Source: Candidatus Bathyarchaeia archaeon (GTDB lineage Archaea; Thermoproteota; Bathyarchaeia; Bathyarchaeales; Bathycorpusculaceae). From it: 64,000 nucleotides of DNA. The stretch lies in NCBI GenBank assembly GCA_049969855.1, contig JBMFOB010000001.1:1-64000 (forward strand), in the 5' to 3' direction. Numbering within the stretch: the stretch's first letter is position 1; each line of letters starts with the position of its first letter. Positions 38,454 through 48,035 of this stretch are shown here, piece by piece. Position numbers and translations under genes: made by a program. The notes under the pieces are model-generated. The model did not search any database. It saw nothing but the letters and a program-made list of their open reading frames with translations, and was not told where the DNA came from.

Positions 38454-39662
38454 ATGAAAGAGGAACAGTATACGTACAAAACCCTAGAAGTGCTGGGTCC
38501 AGAACACGAATTTTCACTGGTTAACGAAGAATTAAAAGCATTACCAATAGTAGACAAAGTCATAAAAGATTTTCACGGGCGAATTGTAAACTTTGTCGAA
38601 CAATCCGACTTCACCTTTGGAAAGGAACTTCAGCTCCATGTTATGGAAATTAAACCCAACATGCCATTTAAGTCGCCAGAAAAATTCGAAGAAACCATGC
38701 ATCAAGCAGTTTTAACCATTGACGATTTTCTGGAAAGCAAATATGGAGCACATCTCCTCGGAACAGGAATGCATCCTCTACTTACACTTGAAGAAACCAT
38801 GGTTTGGCCTCACCGTCACAGACAGATTTACCAAGCTTACAGCAAAATCTTCAACCTTAAACAGCACGGATGGTTAAACATTCAAAGCTTCCAACTAAAC
38901 ATCCCATACTTTAAGGAGAAACAAGCAATTTTGATGCATAATGTTCTAGCGGAAATCTGCGCATATTTACCAGCAATATCAGCATCATCACCCATATACG
39001 AAGGAAAATTTGGCGCTTACATCGATAACAGATTACACTTTTACATGACAAACCAGGAAGAAGTAAATTCAGTAACCGGAGATGTAATCCCAGAATACGT
39101 ATACTCTTTCAAACAGTACAAAAAAGAGATTATCGAAAAATACTCCACGGAATTAGCCAACAGAGGCGCAGACAAATGTCTTCTTCACAAAGACTGGGTT
39201 AATTCCCGCGGTGCAATTTTCCGATTCGACAGAAAAGCCATTGAAATAAGAATCATGGATGAACAAGAATGCGTCCAATCAGATGTGGCTTTAAGCTGCT
39301 TCATAAGGGCGCTATTAAGAGGATTGATGAAGGGTGAACCAGATCTTTTGCCGCATGAGGTTCTCGTGAAAGACCTTAATTCAGTCATAGCTAATGGATT
39401 AAATGCAAAAGTTTTGCATCCAAAAGGAAAAACTGCTAAACAAGTGTGCGAACACTTTTTCAAAACTGCTTGCGAAAATGCTTCAAAAGAAGAAAAGAAA
39501 TACCTTCCGTTAATACAGAAAAGAATAGAAGGCGGCAACCTTTCAGAGATTATAAAGGAAAGAGTTCAAAGGAAAGCTCAAAAAACAGATTTAAAAGAAG
39601 CCATCGTCAGCGTTTACTCAAATCTGGTAAAAAGCCTTATGAATAATCAACCTTACTTCTAA
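38454..39662 (+). CDS. Glutamate-cysteine ligase (GCS2)-family carboxylate-amine ligase
   Basis: GPEHEF, ELQLHVMEI, GMHP, SASSP, NSRGAI.RFDR.AIEIR..DEQE. Confidence 0.87.
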   Translation: MKEEQYTYKTLEVLGPEHEFSLVNEELKALPIVDKVIKDFHGRIVNFVEQSDFTFGKELQLHVMEIKPNMPFKSPEKFEETMHQAVLTIDDFLESKYGAHLLGTGMHPLLTLEETMVWPHRHRQIYQAYSKIFNLKQHGWLNIQSFQLNIPYFKEKQAILMHNVLAEICAYLPAISASSPIYEGKFGAYIDNRLHFYMTNQEEVNSVTGDVIPEYVYSFKQYKKEIIEKYSTELANRGADKCLLHKDWVNSRGAIFRFDRKAIEIRIMDEQECVQSDVALSCFIRALLRGLMKGEPDLLPHEVLVKDLNSVIANGLNAKVLHPKGKTAKQVCEHFFKTACENASKEEKKYLPLIQKRIEGGNLSEIIKERVQRKAQKTDLKEAIVSVYSNLVKSLMNNQPYF

Positions 39663-39681
39663 ACACTGGAGAACCTACGAT

Positions 39682-40218
39682 ATGACCAGCAAAAGACAAA
39701 ATGACTTTTTTGCCGTTTGCAACAAGTGCAAAATTAGTTGTTGCCAGAACGCAAGACCTCCAATAACAAATGAGCGCAGAAAAATTATAGAAGAATATTT
39801 AAAAGAGCAGAGAATTCCCATCCAAAATCCATTTACCCAAACAATGTACACTTTTCCAAGAGAAGACGCTGAAGGATACTGCGTATTCTATGATAAACAA
39901 ACGAGAAAATGCAAAGTTCATCCAGTAAAACCAGAAACTTGCGTAGCGGGACCAATAACTTTCGACATAAACAAGCAAACCCAAAAAATTGAGTGGTATT
40001 TAAAAATGGAAAAAATATGCCCCCTAGCCGGAGTTCTACACAAAAATAATGAAGTTTTCAAAAACCATTTGGAGTCGGCTAAGAAGGAAATACTTAGGCT
40101 TGTGCATGGGCTTGACACAGAAGACTTGAAGGCTATATTAAGAATAGAAGAACCAGAAACCTTCAAGATTGACGAAGACCCTATTGAAAGCGAAATTCTC
40201 GCTAAGTTACACTGTTAA
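39682..40218 (+). CDS. YkgJ-family cysteine-cluster (CxxCxxCC) protein
   Basis: CNKCKISCC, C.FYD, CKVHPVKPETC..GP. Confidence 0.85.
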   Translation: MTSKRQNDFFAVCNKCKISCCQNARPPITNERRKIIEEYLKEQRIPIQNPFTQTMYTFPREDAEGYCVFYDKQTRKCKVHPVKPETCVAGPITFDINKQTQKIEWYLKMEKICPLAGVLHKNNEVFKNHLESAKKEILRLVHGLDTEDLKAILRIEEPETFKIDEDPIESEILAKLHC

Positions 40219-40329
40219 TCCTCATACAATCTTTCAAAACATTCTTGTAAGCAGAGTTAGCGAAAAACGTTACTTTGCCATTTTAAGTGTGTGTCAAGGG
40301 AAAAGACACGCTAAGTCATTTTAGAAATC

Positions 40330-41685
40330 TTGCAGAGGCTATCAAACTATTCAAGTTTCAAGTTGATAATTTTGAATGGAAAACAATTACGCAAACTCTT
40401 CAACAATGTTTCATTTGCAATTTTATTCTCTATACTATTAAGTCTCTTGTTTTTCGTTTTTCCCTCAGCAACCCAGCAGGAAAACTCTCAAGAAAGAAAT
40501 CCTACATCATACACAATTTTGAATGATGGAAACATCACACATGCCCTAAACGAAAACACAAAAACAATTGAATACTCTTCAACCGACACAGGCGCTGTAA
40601 TAAACGCAGCTTTAGGAACTTTGCCAGATTATGGCGGCAAAATATACATAAAAGCTGGAAACTACTCACTCCTATCAACGATAATTCTAAACAAGCCATG
40701 CATTCTGGAAGGCGAAGGTTCAGGGCGCAGTTACCCAGAAGAAGGCATAACCCAGCTGAATTTTGGAAACACGACTGGAATAAAAATAACTTCAAGCGGC
40801 GTCAGAATAAGTCATCTTCAACTGAGAGGTTATGGGGATACAGCTGTTGCATGTTATGGCATCCACTTAGACGCATCCTCCAACATTTTGAACCAAAACC
40901 TAAACGTTGAAGACGTTATGATAGTGGATACTTATTATGCCATTTACGGAACAGGAGCGCATGACATTTGGGACCTCTATCTATGTGATGTTTACATAAA
41001 CTATTGCAACCAAGGAATAAGAATGGACAAAACAACAGGCGCCGTACAACTTCAAACCAACCACGTCATAATCACCCATGCAAAAAGCGATGCAGTTTAC
41101 TTGACACGTGTGGATGCGGTTATACTTGAATCAATTTATTTTGTTGAACCCGGCGGAAACGGCATAGTTATTGCAAGCTTCGGTTCGTATCCATTGATGA
41201 TTAGAAACTGTCAAATAGACGAATGCCACGAAAACGGCATACTTCTGGCGTTCGAAAATCCATCTTCCTTGTGGCTGACAATAACCGACACACAAATAAA
41301 AGCACACAAATCTGCAATCTACATGCAAAACGCTCAAGACGTAATAATATCAAACTGCAACATCGCCGCCAGCCAACTCAGCACCTCAAACCAAACGATA
41401 ATATACGTTGAAAATGGTTATCGAATACAAATAAACAATTGCCTAATCAAAAACTTAAGCCAACAAACAAGAAACTGCATAGAATTAAAAGACTCAAACT
41501 ACTGCCACATATGCAATTGCCAAGTAGACCATTCCGTTGGCAAAGCAGAAAATGTCGACTTCGCCATAAAAGAAACGGGAACCGACAGCAACAACAACCA
41601 AATAGTCAACAACATATGCGTTGGCGTCTCAAATGGTCCAGCGTACACTTACGGTACAAACTCCATAAACAAAGACAACATTTAA
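40330..41685 (+). CDS. Secreted/anchored right-handed beta-helix (pectin-lyase-like) protein; start uncertain
   Basis: N-terminal TM/signal, INAAL..LP..GGKIYIKAGNY motif, parallel beta-helix repeats (I.NC.I). Confidence 0.75.
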   Translation: MQRLSNYSSFKLIILNGKQLRKLFNNVSFAILFSILLSLLFFVFPSATQQENSQERNPTSYTILNDGNITHALNENTKTIEYSSTDTGAVINAALGTLPDYGGKIYIKAGNYSLLSTIILNKPCILEGEGSGRSYPEEGITQLNFGNTTGIKITSSGVRISHLQLRGYGDTAVACYGIHLDASSNILNQNLNVEDVMIVDTYYAIYGTGAHDIWDLYLCDVYINYCNQGIRMDKTTGAVQLQTNHVIITHAKSDAVYLTRVDAVILESIYFVEPGGNGIVIASFGSYPLMIRNCQIDECHENGILLAFENPSSLWLTITDTQIKAHKSAIYMQNAQDVIISNCNIAASQLSTSNQTIIYVENGYRIQINNCLIKNLSQQTRNCIELKDSNYCHICNCQVDHSVGKAENVDFAIKETGTDSNNNQIVNNICVGVSNGPAYTYGTNSINKDNI

Positions 41686-41728
41686 AGCCCATGCAGCAAG
41701 CCCAGAGAGTTTTAAACCCCCTTTTGTT

Positions 41729-42847
41729 TTAGCGATAAGAATTTAAGAAGCCTTTGAACCGTGACAAACCTTCTTTTAGAACCTCGGTTTTGCATCCATA
41801 ACCAATTCGCAGATACCCTTCCATCCCAAAGCATGAACCTGGAACAAGCAGCGTTCCCCTTTCTCGAATGAGGCGGAGACAAAGATCTTCTGAAGGTATC
41901 TTAAGGTTGTACCGAAGGAAAGCAATGCTTCCTGCTCTTGGAGGAACCCAATCAATTAATGGTTCATCTTCGATCCATTGTGAAAGGATCTCGTAGTTGG
42001 CACGGATAATTTTTAAGCTGCGTTCGTATATTCGGTCTACATGTTTCATGGCGAGAGATGCAAGGGCGTCATCTATTAAACCGTTGCTTATTGTTGTATA
42101 ATCTCTGTGAAGTTTACATTCACCGATTACTTGTTTGTTGGCAGCTATCCATCCTAACCGTAAGCCTGTTAACGAAAAAGCCTTGGAAAAGGATCCAGTT
42201 GCTATGGCTCTCTCGCTGATGTCTACCGCTGAAGGAACAAAATCGTTCGGCTTTATGTAAAGACTCCTATACGTCTCGTCGCAGAGTAAATACGCACCGG
42301 CATCTTCTGCAATGGAACAAATTTTTTTCAAAAGTTTGGCATCGATAAGGCTTCCTGTTGGGTTGTGCGGATTAATGAGTACGATAAGCTTGGTTTTGTC
42401 ATCAACAAGTTCAGATAATTCATTAATGTCTGGTAACCACAGATTTTTCTCGCGTAACTTTAGCAACTTAACTTTGGCACCAAAAGATTTAGCTACACTG
42501 TACAATTGTTGATAGGCGGGGAATATGGAAATAACTGTGTCGCCTGGTTCAACGAGAGTGTAAAAAACAAGAAAATTTGCGCCGATGGCTCCACCAGCAA
42601 TGAGAATGTTCTCAGGTTCCATATGAGCGTACAGATTTGCAATTCCTTGTCGGAGATCGAGAGAACCGTCAACAAAGCCATAGGTTAATTGTGTTCCCTT
42701 AAACTCCTCAAAGAAATTTTCTTTGCCCATAAGAGACAGAAACTCGCTCAACGTGAACGGATCAACACAAGTCTCTGCGAGATTCACCTCCACATCATGT
42801 TCATAAGCCCCTATGAAACGTTCAACCAAAAATGGATCAACCTTCAT
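41729..42847 (-). CDS. Class I/II PLP-dependent aminotransferase
   Basis: NPHNPTG, DETY, SFSKAFSLTGLRLGW. Confidence 0.92.
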   Translation of the reverse strand: MKVDPFLVERFIGAYEHDVEVNLAETCVDPFTLSEFLSLMGKENFFEEFKGTQLTYGFVDGSLDLRQGIANLYAHMEPENILIAGGAIGANFLVFYTLVEPGDTVISIFPAYQQLYSVAKSFGAKVKLLKLREKNLWLPDINELSELVDDKTKLIVLINPHNPTGSLIDAKLLKKICSIAEDAGAYLLCDETYRSLYIKPNDFVPSAVDISERAIATGSFSKAFSLTGLRLGWIAANKQVIGECKLHRDYTTISNGLIDDALASLAMKHVDRIYERSLKIIRANYEILSQWIEDEPLIDWVPPRAGSIAFLRYNLKIPSEDLCLRLIRERGTLLVPGSCFGMEGYLRIGYGCKTEVLKEGLSRFKGFLNSYR

Positions 42848-42942
42848 TACACTCCCTCTATTTGCATAAAATGGAACGATCCTATTACATTTTCTCCTTT
42901 AAGCTTAACATTAACAAAAGTCAAAAAGCATATCGGATATGA

Positions 42943-43018
42943 CGGGCCCGCTGGGATTTGAACCCAGGATCTCCGGCTCCGCAGGCCAGCGTCCTAATCC
43001 TGCCTAGACTACGGGCCC
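42943..43018 (-). tRNA. tRNA-Arg(GCG), intronless
   Basis: Reverse complement folds as GGGCCCG...CTGGC-CTGCGGA-GCCGG...CTGGG-TTCAAAT-CCCAG-CGGGCCCG. Confidence 0.95.
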
Positions 43019-43061
43019 ATAGAACAAATCTGAATATGGTCATAAAAGGGTTTTTAACGCT

Positions 43062-44684
43062 TCAGTGCTTGTTTGATTTTTTAAGGGTTCTTTCAAGAGC
43101 GTCAATCACGTTTTGTTTTCCCATGGCTAGGATGTATGGGCCTAGTCTTGGACCTTGTGGCACGCCTAAGAGGATGGCGTAGAGGGTTTTGAAGAAGTTT
43201 GCTGGTTGTATGCCGTGTTTTTTGGCTGCGTTGAATATGGCGTTTTGGATTTTTTCAGCTTCGTTTTCGGCTTTTAATGTTTCAATTAATTCTTTTATTG
43301 CTTCTTGTTCGTCTTGCGTTAAGGTTGCTGCTGTTTCTTTTATTTCCTCGAAGTCCCTTATCCAGTTAAAGGCATATTCAATGCGCCTTCTCAAGTTTTC
43401 ATCCAAGGTTTGGTCTTTCTGCAAGTAGCCATAGCTTCTGAGTTTTTCAGTTATGAATTCTTCTTCTCGTTCTTTAGGCGCCATTTTAGCCAAGAAAGTT
43501 AGCAGGTTATATGGCACTTTAATGCTTGGCTTTGATGGGGGCTTCATCGCCCAGCAATATTCGTATAAGCCTCGAAGCTTTGCAAGTTCTCTTTCATCTT
43601 TCAGCGTTTTAACTCCGAAGTACAAGTCCTCCAAATAATCAAACTCATTCATGTACGCCGGTATGTCGGTAACATCTAAAGTGCGGGTTCCAACAAACCT
43701 TTTCAGCATTAACAAAAGCAATGATTGAGGTGACCCATAACGGAACCAAACTTGGGGTGTGAAAACGTTTCCTGTAGATTTTGAAATTTTTCGTCCACTT
43801 TTGTCTAGAAACATTTCATACATTGCATGGGAAGGAGGCTCGTAACAGAGTATTTCACGGCAAATTCTATCGTTTATCCGAACAGAATCGGCTATGTCTT
43901 TGCCGTAAGCCTCAAATCTTATGTCAAGAGCCTTCCATCTTGCAGCAAACTCGCCTTTCCATGAAAGCTTACCTTCACCCTTTTTGACGTCTGCCTCGCC
44001 TTTGAAACCGCAACCTTCAATCCATCTGCCTTTAATTTCCATGCCATCACAAACGTAGAGAACCTTGTTTTCCTTTGGCAGAAATTCTAAGGCTTTGGTT
44101 GTGTATATGCGACCGCAATTTTCGCATATTGGAAAATATGGTAAGACTTCTATGTAACGCTCCTGTCCCACCTCTTCCTTGACTATTTCTCCAACTTTTT
44201 TGGCGTTCAAAAGTAAAGCTTCAACTTCTTTATTCAGCATTCCCTTTTCATAAGTTTCCTTTGCAGAAACATAACGATATTCTATGGAGCACTTGTCCAA
44301 AGCCTCAAGCAACAGTGAACTCATATGTTTGCCGTAACTTTCATGACAGTTAAAAGGGTCTGGAATATCAGATACTGGAAAACCTAAATACTTTTCAAGG
44401 GATTTTGGCAAACCAGCGGGAACCTTACGCAATCCATCCTTGTCATCGCAGAAGGCAATTAATTCTGAACGATAATTCTGTTCCCTTAAGGCTAATGTAA
44501 CAGCATAAGAGCGAGCAGCATCACCCAAACTTCCAATGTGAGGGAAACCAGAAGCTCCTAAACCCATCTCGGTTCTTATAAGGTCTAAACTTCTGCCCAG
44601 CTTCCGCTCCCTTTCAATTATTTTTGCAGCCATTTTATCGTACCATGTGCCTCTGCCAATTATTTTCTTGCTCATCATCCTCAT
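43062..44684 (-). CDS. lysS: Class I lysyl-tRNA synthetase
   Basis: SGFPHIGS, C..CG zinc motif, GKL.WK, EAYGKD, KISKSTGN, GPRLG. Confidence 0.95.
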   Translation of the reverse strand: MRMMSKKIIGRGTWYDKMAAKIIERERKLGRSLDLIRTEMGLGASGFPHIGSLGDAARSYAVTLALREQNYRSELIAFCDDKDGLRKVPAGLPKSLEKYLGFPVSDIPDPFNCHESYGKHMSSLLLEALDKCSIEYRYVSAKETYEKGMLNKEVEALLLNAKKVGEIVKEEVGQERYIEVLPYFPICENCGRIYTTKALEFLPKENKVLYVCDGMEIKGRWIEGCGFKGEADVKKGEGKLSWKGEFAARWKALDIRFEAYGKDIADSVRINDRICREILCYEPPSHAMYEMFLDKSGRKISKSTGNVFTPQVWFRYGSPQSLLLLMLKRFVGTRTLDVTDIPAYMNEFDYLEDLYFGVKTLKDERELAKLRGLYEYCWAMKPPSKPSIKVPYNLLTFLAKMAPKEREEEFITEKLRSYGYLQKDQTLDENLRRRIEYAFNWIRDFEEIKETAATLTQDEQEAIKELIETLKAENEAEKIQNAIFNAAKKHGIQPANFFKTLYAILLGVPQGPRLGPYILAMGKQNVIDALERTLKKSNKH

Positions 44685-44821
44685 GCTCTTTTATAGCATA
44701 ATTAAAAAGTAAATAAAAATGTTACAGAAAACAGCACATCTGTTGCTTCTCTTTTGAAGTTAGAATTAACTAAACAATAGACAAATGGTTTGGATGAAAG
44801 ATAAAACTGTTGGAGTGGCTG

Positions 44822-45856
44822 TTACTCGATTTTTGTTCCACAGTTGGGGCAGAACTTAACTCCAGCTTGGACTTCTGTGCCGCATTTTGGACATTTAGTT
44901 GTGGCTTGTAATGGTGTTCCGCAGTTGCTGCAGAATTTCGTTCCAGCAGGGTTGAATGTACCACATTTTGGACACGTAATGCCTACAGCTTGTAGCGGCG
45001 CACCACAGTTGCTGCAGAACTTTGCTGTCTGTGGATTCTGGAAGTTGCATTTTGGACATAAAACCATAGGCACTGCCGGCGCTGGCGCCGCTGCTGGCTG
45101 AAGCACTTGCGGAAGAATCACTGCTCCAGCCCCTACTGCCGCTCCGGGACTCTTTGACAGGCTTTCAGCTGATTTTTGAACTGTTTCCATTCTTAGGACC
45201 TCTGTTGCGCCCACTCCGGTCTTTATGTAGAACAATCTGTCTCTCCACTCTGGGGTTGTGTCTATTCCTTCAAACTTCACATCAATCAGTTCAAGACCTA
45301 TTCGTGAAAAGGCGTCGAAGAGAACGTTTTTTGCAAGTAGGCTTGTTTCGTCAAGTTTGCCGTATACGTCCGCCAGCGAATATTGGCTTAGGGTGTCGAT
45401 GAGTCTTTCGTTAAAGTATCCTCTTAGAAAGTTTTGCAACCCATCCGTAGTGAAGGCTCCTTGTCCGCCAACAACTTCGTTGACGAAAAGGTTTGGTTCT
45501 TCAACTCTGAACCAGAAACCTCCAAAGAACTTTAATGGTGCAAGCTCTTTGGTTTGTCCTTGCGCTCCAAACTTTCCTTGGAACTGTTTTAAAGAGACAA
45601 AGACAATTGTGGCTCTGAAAGGAACCTTGTCAAACCCGGCAATTTTTGAAATTATCTTTGTTAGTAATGGCAGGTTTGCTGTTGTTAAGACGTGGCGTCC
45701 GGCTCTGAAAACATCGTAGGCTTTTCCGTCCCTAAAGAAAACTGCAGCTTCGTATTCGTGAACTATTAAGTTGTCTCCCCATGCAATTTCTTCCACTGGA
45801 TATTTCCAAACTATGTCTCCTTCTCTCGCCCCAACCCATTCAATAACTTTTGGCAC
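44822..45856 (-). CDS. SPFH (band 7)-domain protein with C-terminal tandem double zinc ribbons
   Basis: LIVHEYEAAVFFRDGK..D.F..GRH.LTT.NLP SPFH start; three CPKC...KFC.NCG repeats. Confidence 0.9.
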   Translation of the reverse strand: MPKVIEWVGAREGDIVWKYPVEEIAWGDNLIVHEYEAAVFFRDGKAYDVFRAGRHVLTTANLPLLTKIISKIAGFDKVPFRATIVFVSLKQFQGKFGAQGQTKELAPLKFFGGFWFRVEEPNLFVNEVVGGQGAFTTDGLQNFLRGYFNERLIDTLSQYSLADVYGKLDETSLLAKNVLFDAFSRIGLELIDVKFEGIDTTPEWRDRLFYIKTGVGATEVLRMETVQKSAESLSKSPGAAVGAGAVILPQVLQPAAAPAPAVPMVLCPKCNFQNPQTAKFCSNCGAPLQAVGITCPKCGTFNPAGTKFCSNCGTPLQATTKCPKCGTEVQAGVKFCPNCGTKIE

Positions 45857-45873
45857 CCAAACTTCACCTCCTT

Positions 45874-47106
45874 TTAAATCACTCCTTTAGGAACCCAAGG
45901 TCTTTGACCAGCTATGACGCCCCCATTACATGCGTCAACTATCACGGAAAATGACTTGCCGCCCATACGATATTCTATAAACCACCAAGGTGCATATACA
46001 AGTTCAGGGTCTTCCATAGGATAAGCACCAACACTAAAACGTGAAACAAAAGTGTACCTTGACCTTAACTCTTGAAGGGCTAATCCTTTAGCTTTCTCCT
46101 TAGCCTCTTGAGCGCTTATTTCAACATTAAGCGTTTCTTCTCCTGTTTTCTTGAAAGGCTCCTTCCTATCTAGGGGGATTTTGTAGGCGCCAACATCTGG
46201 TTGATATTGGGCTGCTTTGCGTGCCACAACAAGGACATCCATTGTTTCGTTTACGGAAACTCTCTCAGTTCTGTCTGTTAAAGCCTTCCCAGCTCCTTTT
46301 CCAGCCCCGCCAAAAATGCTCCCGAGGGCTCCTCCTAAAGCTTGCATCGCAACCTCTTGAGCAAGCTGCCCCTTCCTATCCTTCGCTTTCACCAATGCCT
46401 TTTTGCCTTCAAGGTCCCCTTCAAGTTGAACGGTTACAGTCCAATTTGGAACATAGCGAAGGAGAATGGCGCCCCATTCGGCACGTTCAACCATCCCACG
46501 AGTGACAAGGATTCCTTTTGCCACATGGTTTTTTGCTATTTCCAGCGTCTGAGAACCAGTAAGCAGCATTGGAAGCATGCTGCATCTTGGAGGTTGTTCG
46601 CCTGTTGTGTTATTAACGTATCCGCAGTAGTTGCAAACCACGAGAACTTCTTCTGGATTATACGTAAGTGGAGCCCCACAGTGCATGCAAGCCTCAAGTT
46701 TAGGTTTCGGCGTTGGCAGCGGTTGTGGTTGAGTTGGAGTGGGTGCAGCAGTTGGCGGGGTCGGTGAAATTCCGTCTAAACTTTTAGCCATTTCCATGGC
46801 TTCTTGTTTCTCTTGCTCCTTCCACCCGATTAAAGCGCTTGGATTCTCACATGTGTTTGCCAAAGCTTGTTCCACAACATCCATTAGACCCGCTGGTCCG
46901 TCAACTTCAACATACACATCCTCTGGTACGCCTCTAACCTTAATCGTTGCCTTTTCAAAAAACCCCTTTTTTAGCTCAAGCATAAAGCTTCTTTCGCCTG
47001 GAATAATTTTCTTGGTGCTCCACCCGATTTGCTTGAGATATTCTGGCAAAACTTGTTGAAAGTTTGCCATTTTTGCTTCGATTTGGCGATAGCGGGCTAT
47101 GGTCAT
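45874..47106 (-). CDS. Zn-ribbon protein (YdjG-like) with extra N-terminal domain
   Basis: CMHCGAPL...CNYCG, YVPNW, YAPWW..EY...VIVDACNG. Confidence 0.65.
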   Translation of the reverse strand: MTIARYRQIEAKMANFQQVLPEYLKQIGWSTKKIIPGERSFMLELKKGFFEKATIKVRGVPEDVYVEVDGPAGLMDVVEQALANTCENPSALIGWKEQEKQEAMEMAKSLDGISPTPPTAAPTPTQPQPLPTPKPKLEACMHCGAPLTYNPEEVLVVCNYCGYVNNTTGEQPPRCSMLPMLLTGSQTLEIAKNHVAKGILVTRGMVERAEWGAILLRYVPNWTVTVQLEGDLEGKKALVKAKDRKGQLAQEVAMQALGGALGSIFGGAGKGAGKALTDRTERVSVNETMDVLVVARKAAQYQPDVGAYKIPLDRKEPFKKTGEETLNVEISAQEAKEKAKGLALQELRSRYTFVSRFSVGAYPMEDPELVYAPWWFIEYRMGGKSFSVIVDACNGGVIAGQRPWVPKGVI

Positions 47107-47639
47107 CCTCCCAATCCTCTAAGAACCTCTGACCTCTTGTCCACAAGTCCGTCGAGTTCCTCAACCTTTGATATCAACTCGTCCATTGCCGTTCTCCACT
47201 CGTCTTTTCCAGGCTCTAGCTCGTTTACTTTTTCAACATCGGCTTTTATTGCTTCGGCTTTTTCTATCAAACTTAAGTCATGTTCAATAACTGTGTCAAG
47301 TTTGTCCTCTTTAACTTTGATGGCGTCAAACATTCCAGCATATCCAGCAACCGCCCGGTCTATGCGTTGGGTAACCCTATCAATGCGTGATGTAAGCGTG
47401 TCAAATCTAAAAGTGTCTTCATTTGAAAGCTTCTGGATAAGCAGTGGATTTGCGAATTTTCTTCTGAAAGCGGTTTTTGCAGCCTTAAGCCTATTCACAA
47501 CTTCCATTCGCACAAGACGGTCGCTTTCTCTTCTCAACTCTTTCTCTTTGTAGCCTCTGTATCCTGGAATGTAACCCATAATTTTCTCAAGAAGACTTCG
47601 TTCTTTCCGAACTTTCTCCAAATAATCTTTTCCACTCAC
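47103..47639 (-). CDS. All-helical hypothetical protein in SPFH operon
   Basis: IPGYRGYKEKELRRESD.L.R motif; amphipathic helices; 4-nt overlaps with both neighbours. Confidence 0.75.
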   Translation of the reverse strand: MSGKDYLEKVRKERSLLEKIMGYIPGYRGYKEKELRRESDRLVRMEVVNRLKAAKTAFRRKFANPLLIQKLSNEDTFRFDTLTSRIDRVTQRIDRAVAGYAGMFDAIKVKEDKLDTVIEHDLSLIEKAEAIKADVEKVNELEPGKDEWRTAMDELISKVEELDGLVDKRSEVLRGLGG

Positions 47640-47989
47640 TTTTTACTCCTCCAATATGCAACTATACCTATAACAGCAATGACAATTAAAAGTATGCCTA
47701 AAACAACGAAGGAGTTCACCACATTATAGAAGGCTGAAGTTGCTGCAACTGCAAACATTATGACACCCCAAACCAGATAGTAAGTGGCTTCCTTGCCGGC
47801 TATAAAGGAAAAAAGAATTGTATAAACTCCAAGGGGACCAAGCAGCCAAGCGGGAATATTGAAAATATCAAGAGGAATCATGTTCATACCGTAAACCACC
47901 ACCGCTAACCCGATTGATATGACAAGAATAACGAGAGCACCAACATTATAATCGAATACTTTACGTTCAGCTTTCATCTTATTCCTCAA
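47636..47989 (-). CDS. Small 4-TM membrane protein
   Basis: Four hydrophobic segments; operon-coupled. Confidence 0.75.
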   Translation of the reverse strand: MRNKMKAERKVFDYNVGALVILVISIGLAVVVYGMNMIPLDIFNIPAWLLGPLGVYTILFSFIAGKEATYYLVWGVIMFAVAATSAFYNVVNSFVVLGILLIVIAVIGIVAYWRSKK

Positions 47990-48035
47990 GGCATATTTGA
48001 CTTATTATTTTGTAATTGCATCTTTTAAAGTTTCG

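Noticed and set aside
40219-42942. Possible island (beta-helix + aminotransferase) integrated at the tRNA-Arg(GCG) 3' end
   Set aside because: No duplicated tRNA 3' end or integrase found by eye
42958-43182. 74-aa ORF in the track
   Set aside because: Antisense to tRNA-Arg(GCG) and the lysS 3' end
44840-45060. Repeated CAGTTGCTGCAGAA / CATTTTGGACA motifs with roughly regular spacing, CRISPR-like at first sight
   Set aside because: They encode the tandem CPKC...KFCSNCG zinc ribbons of the SPFH protein; no cas genes or unique spacers
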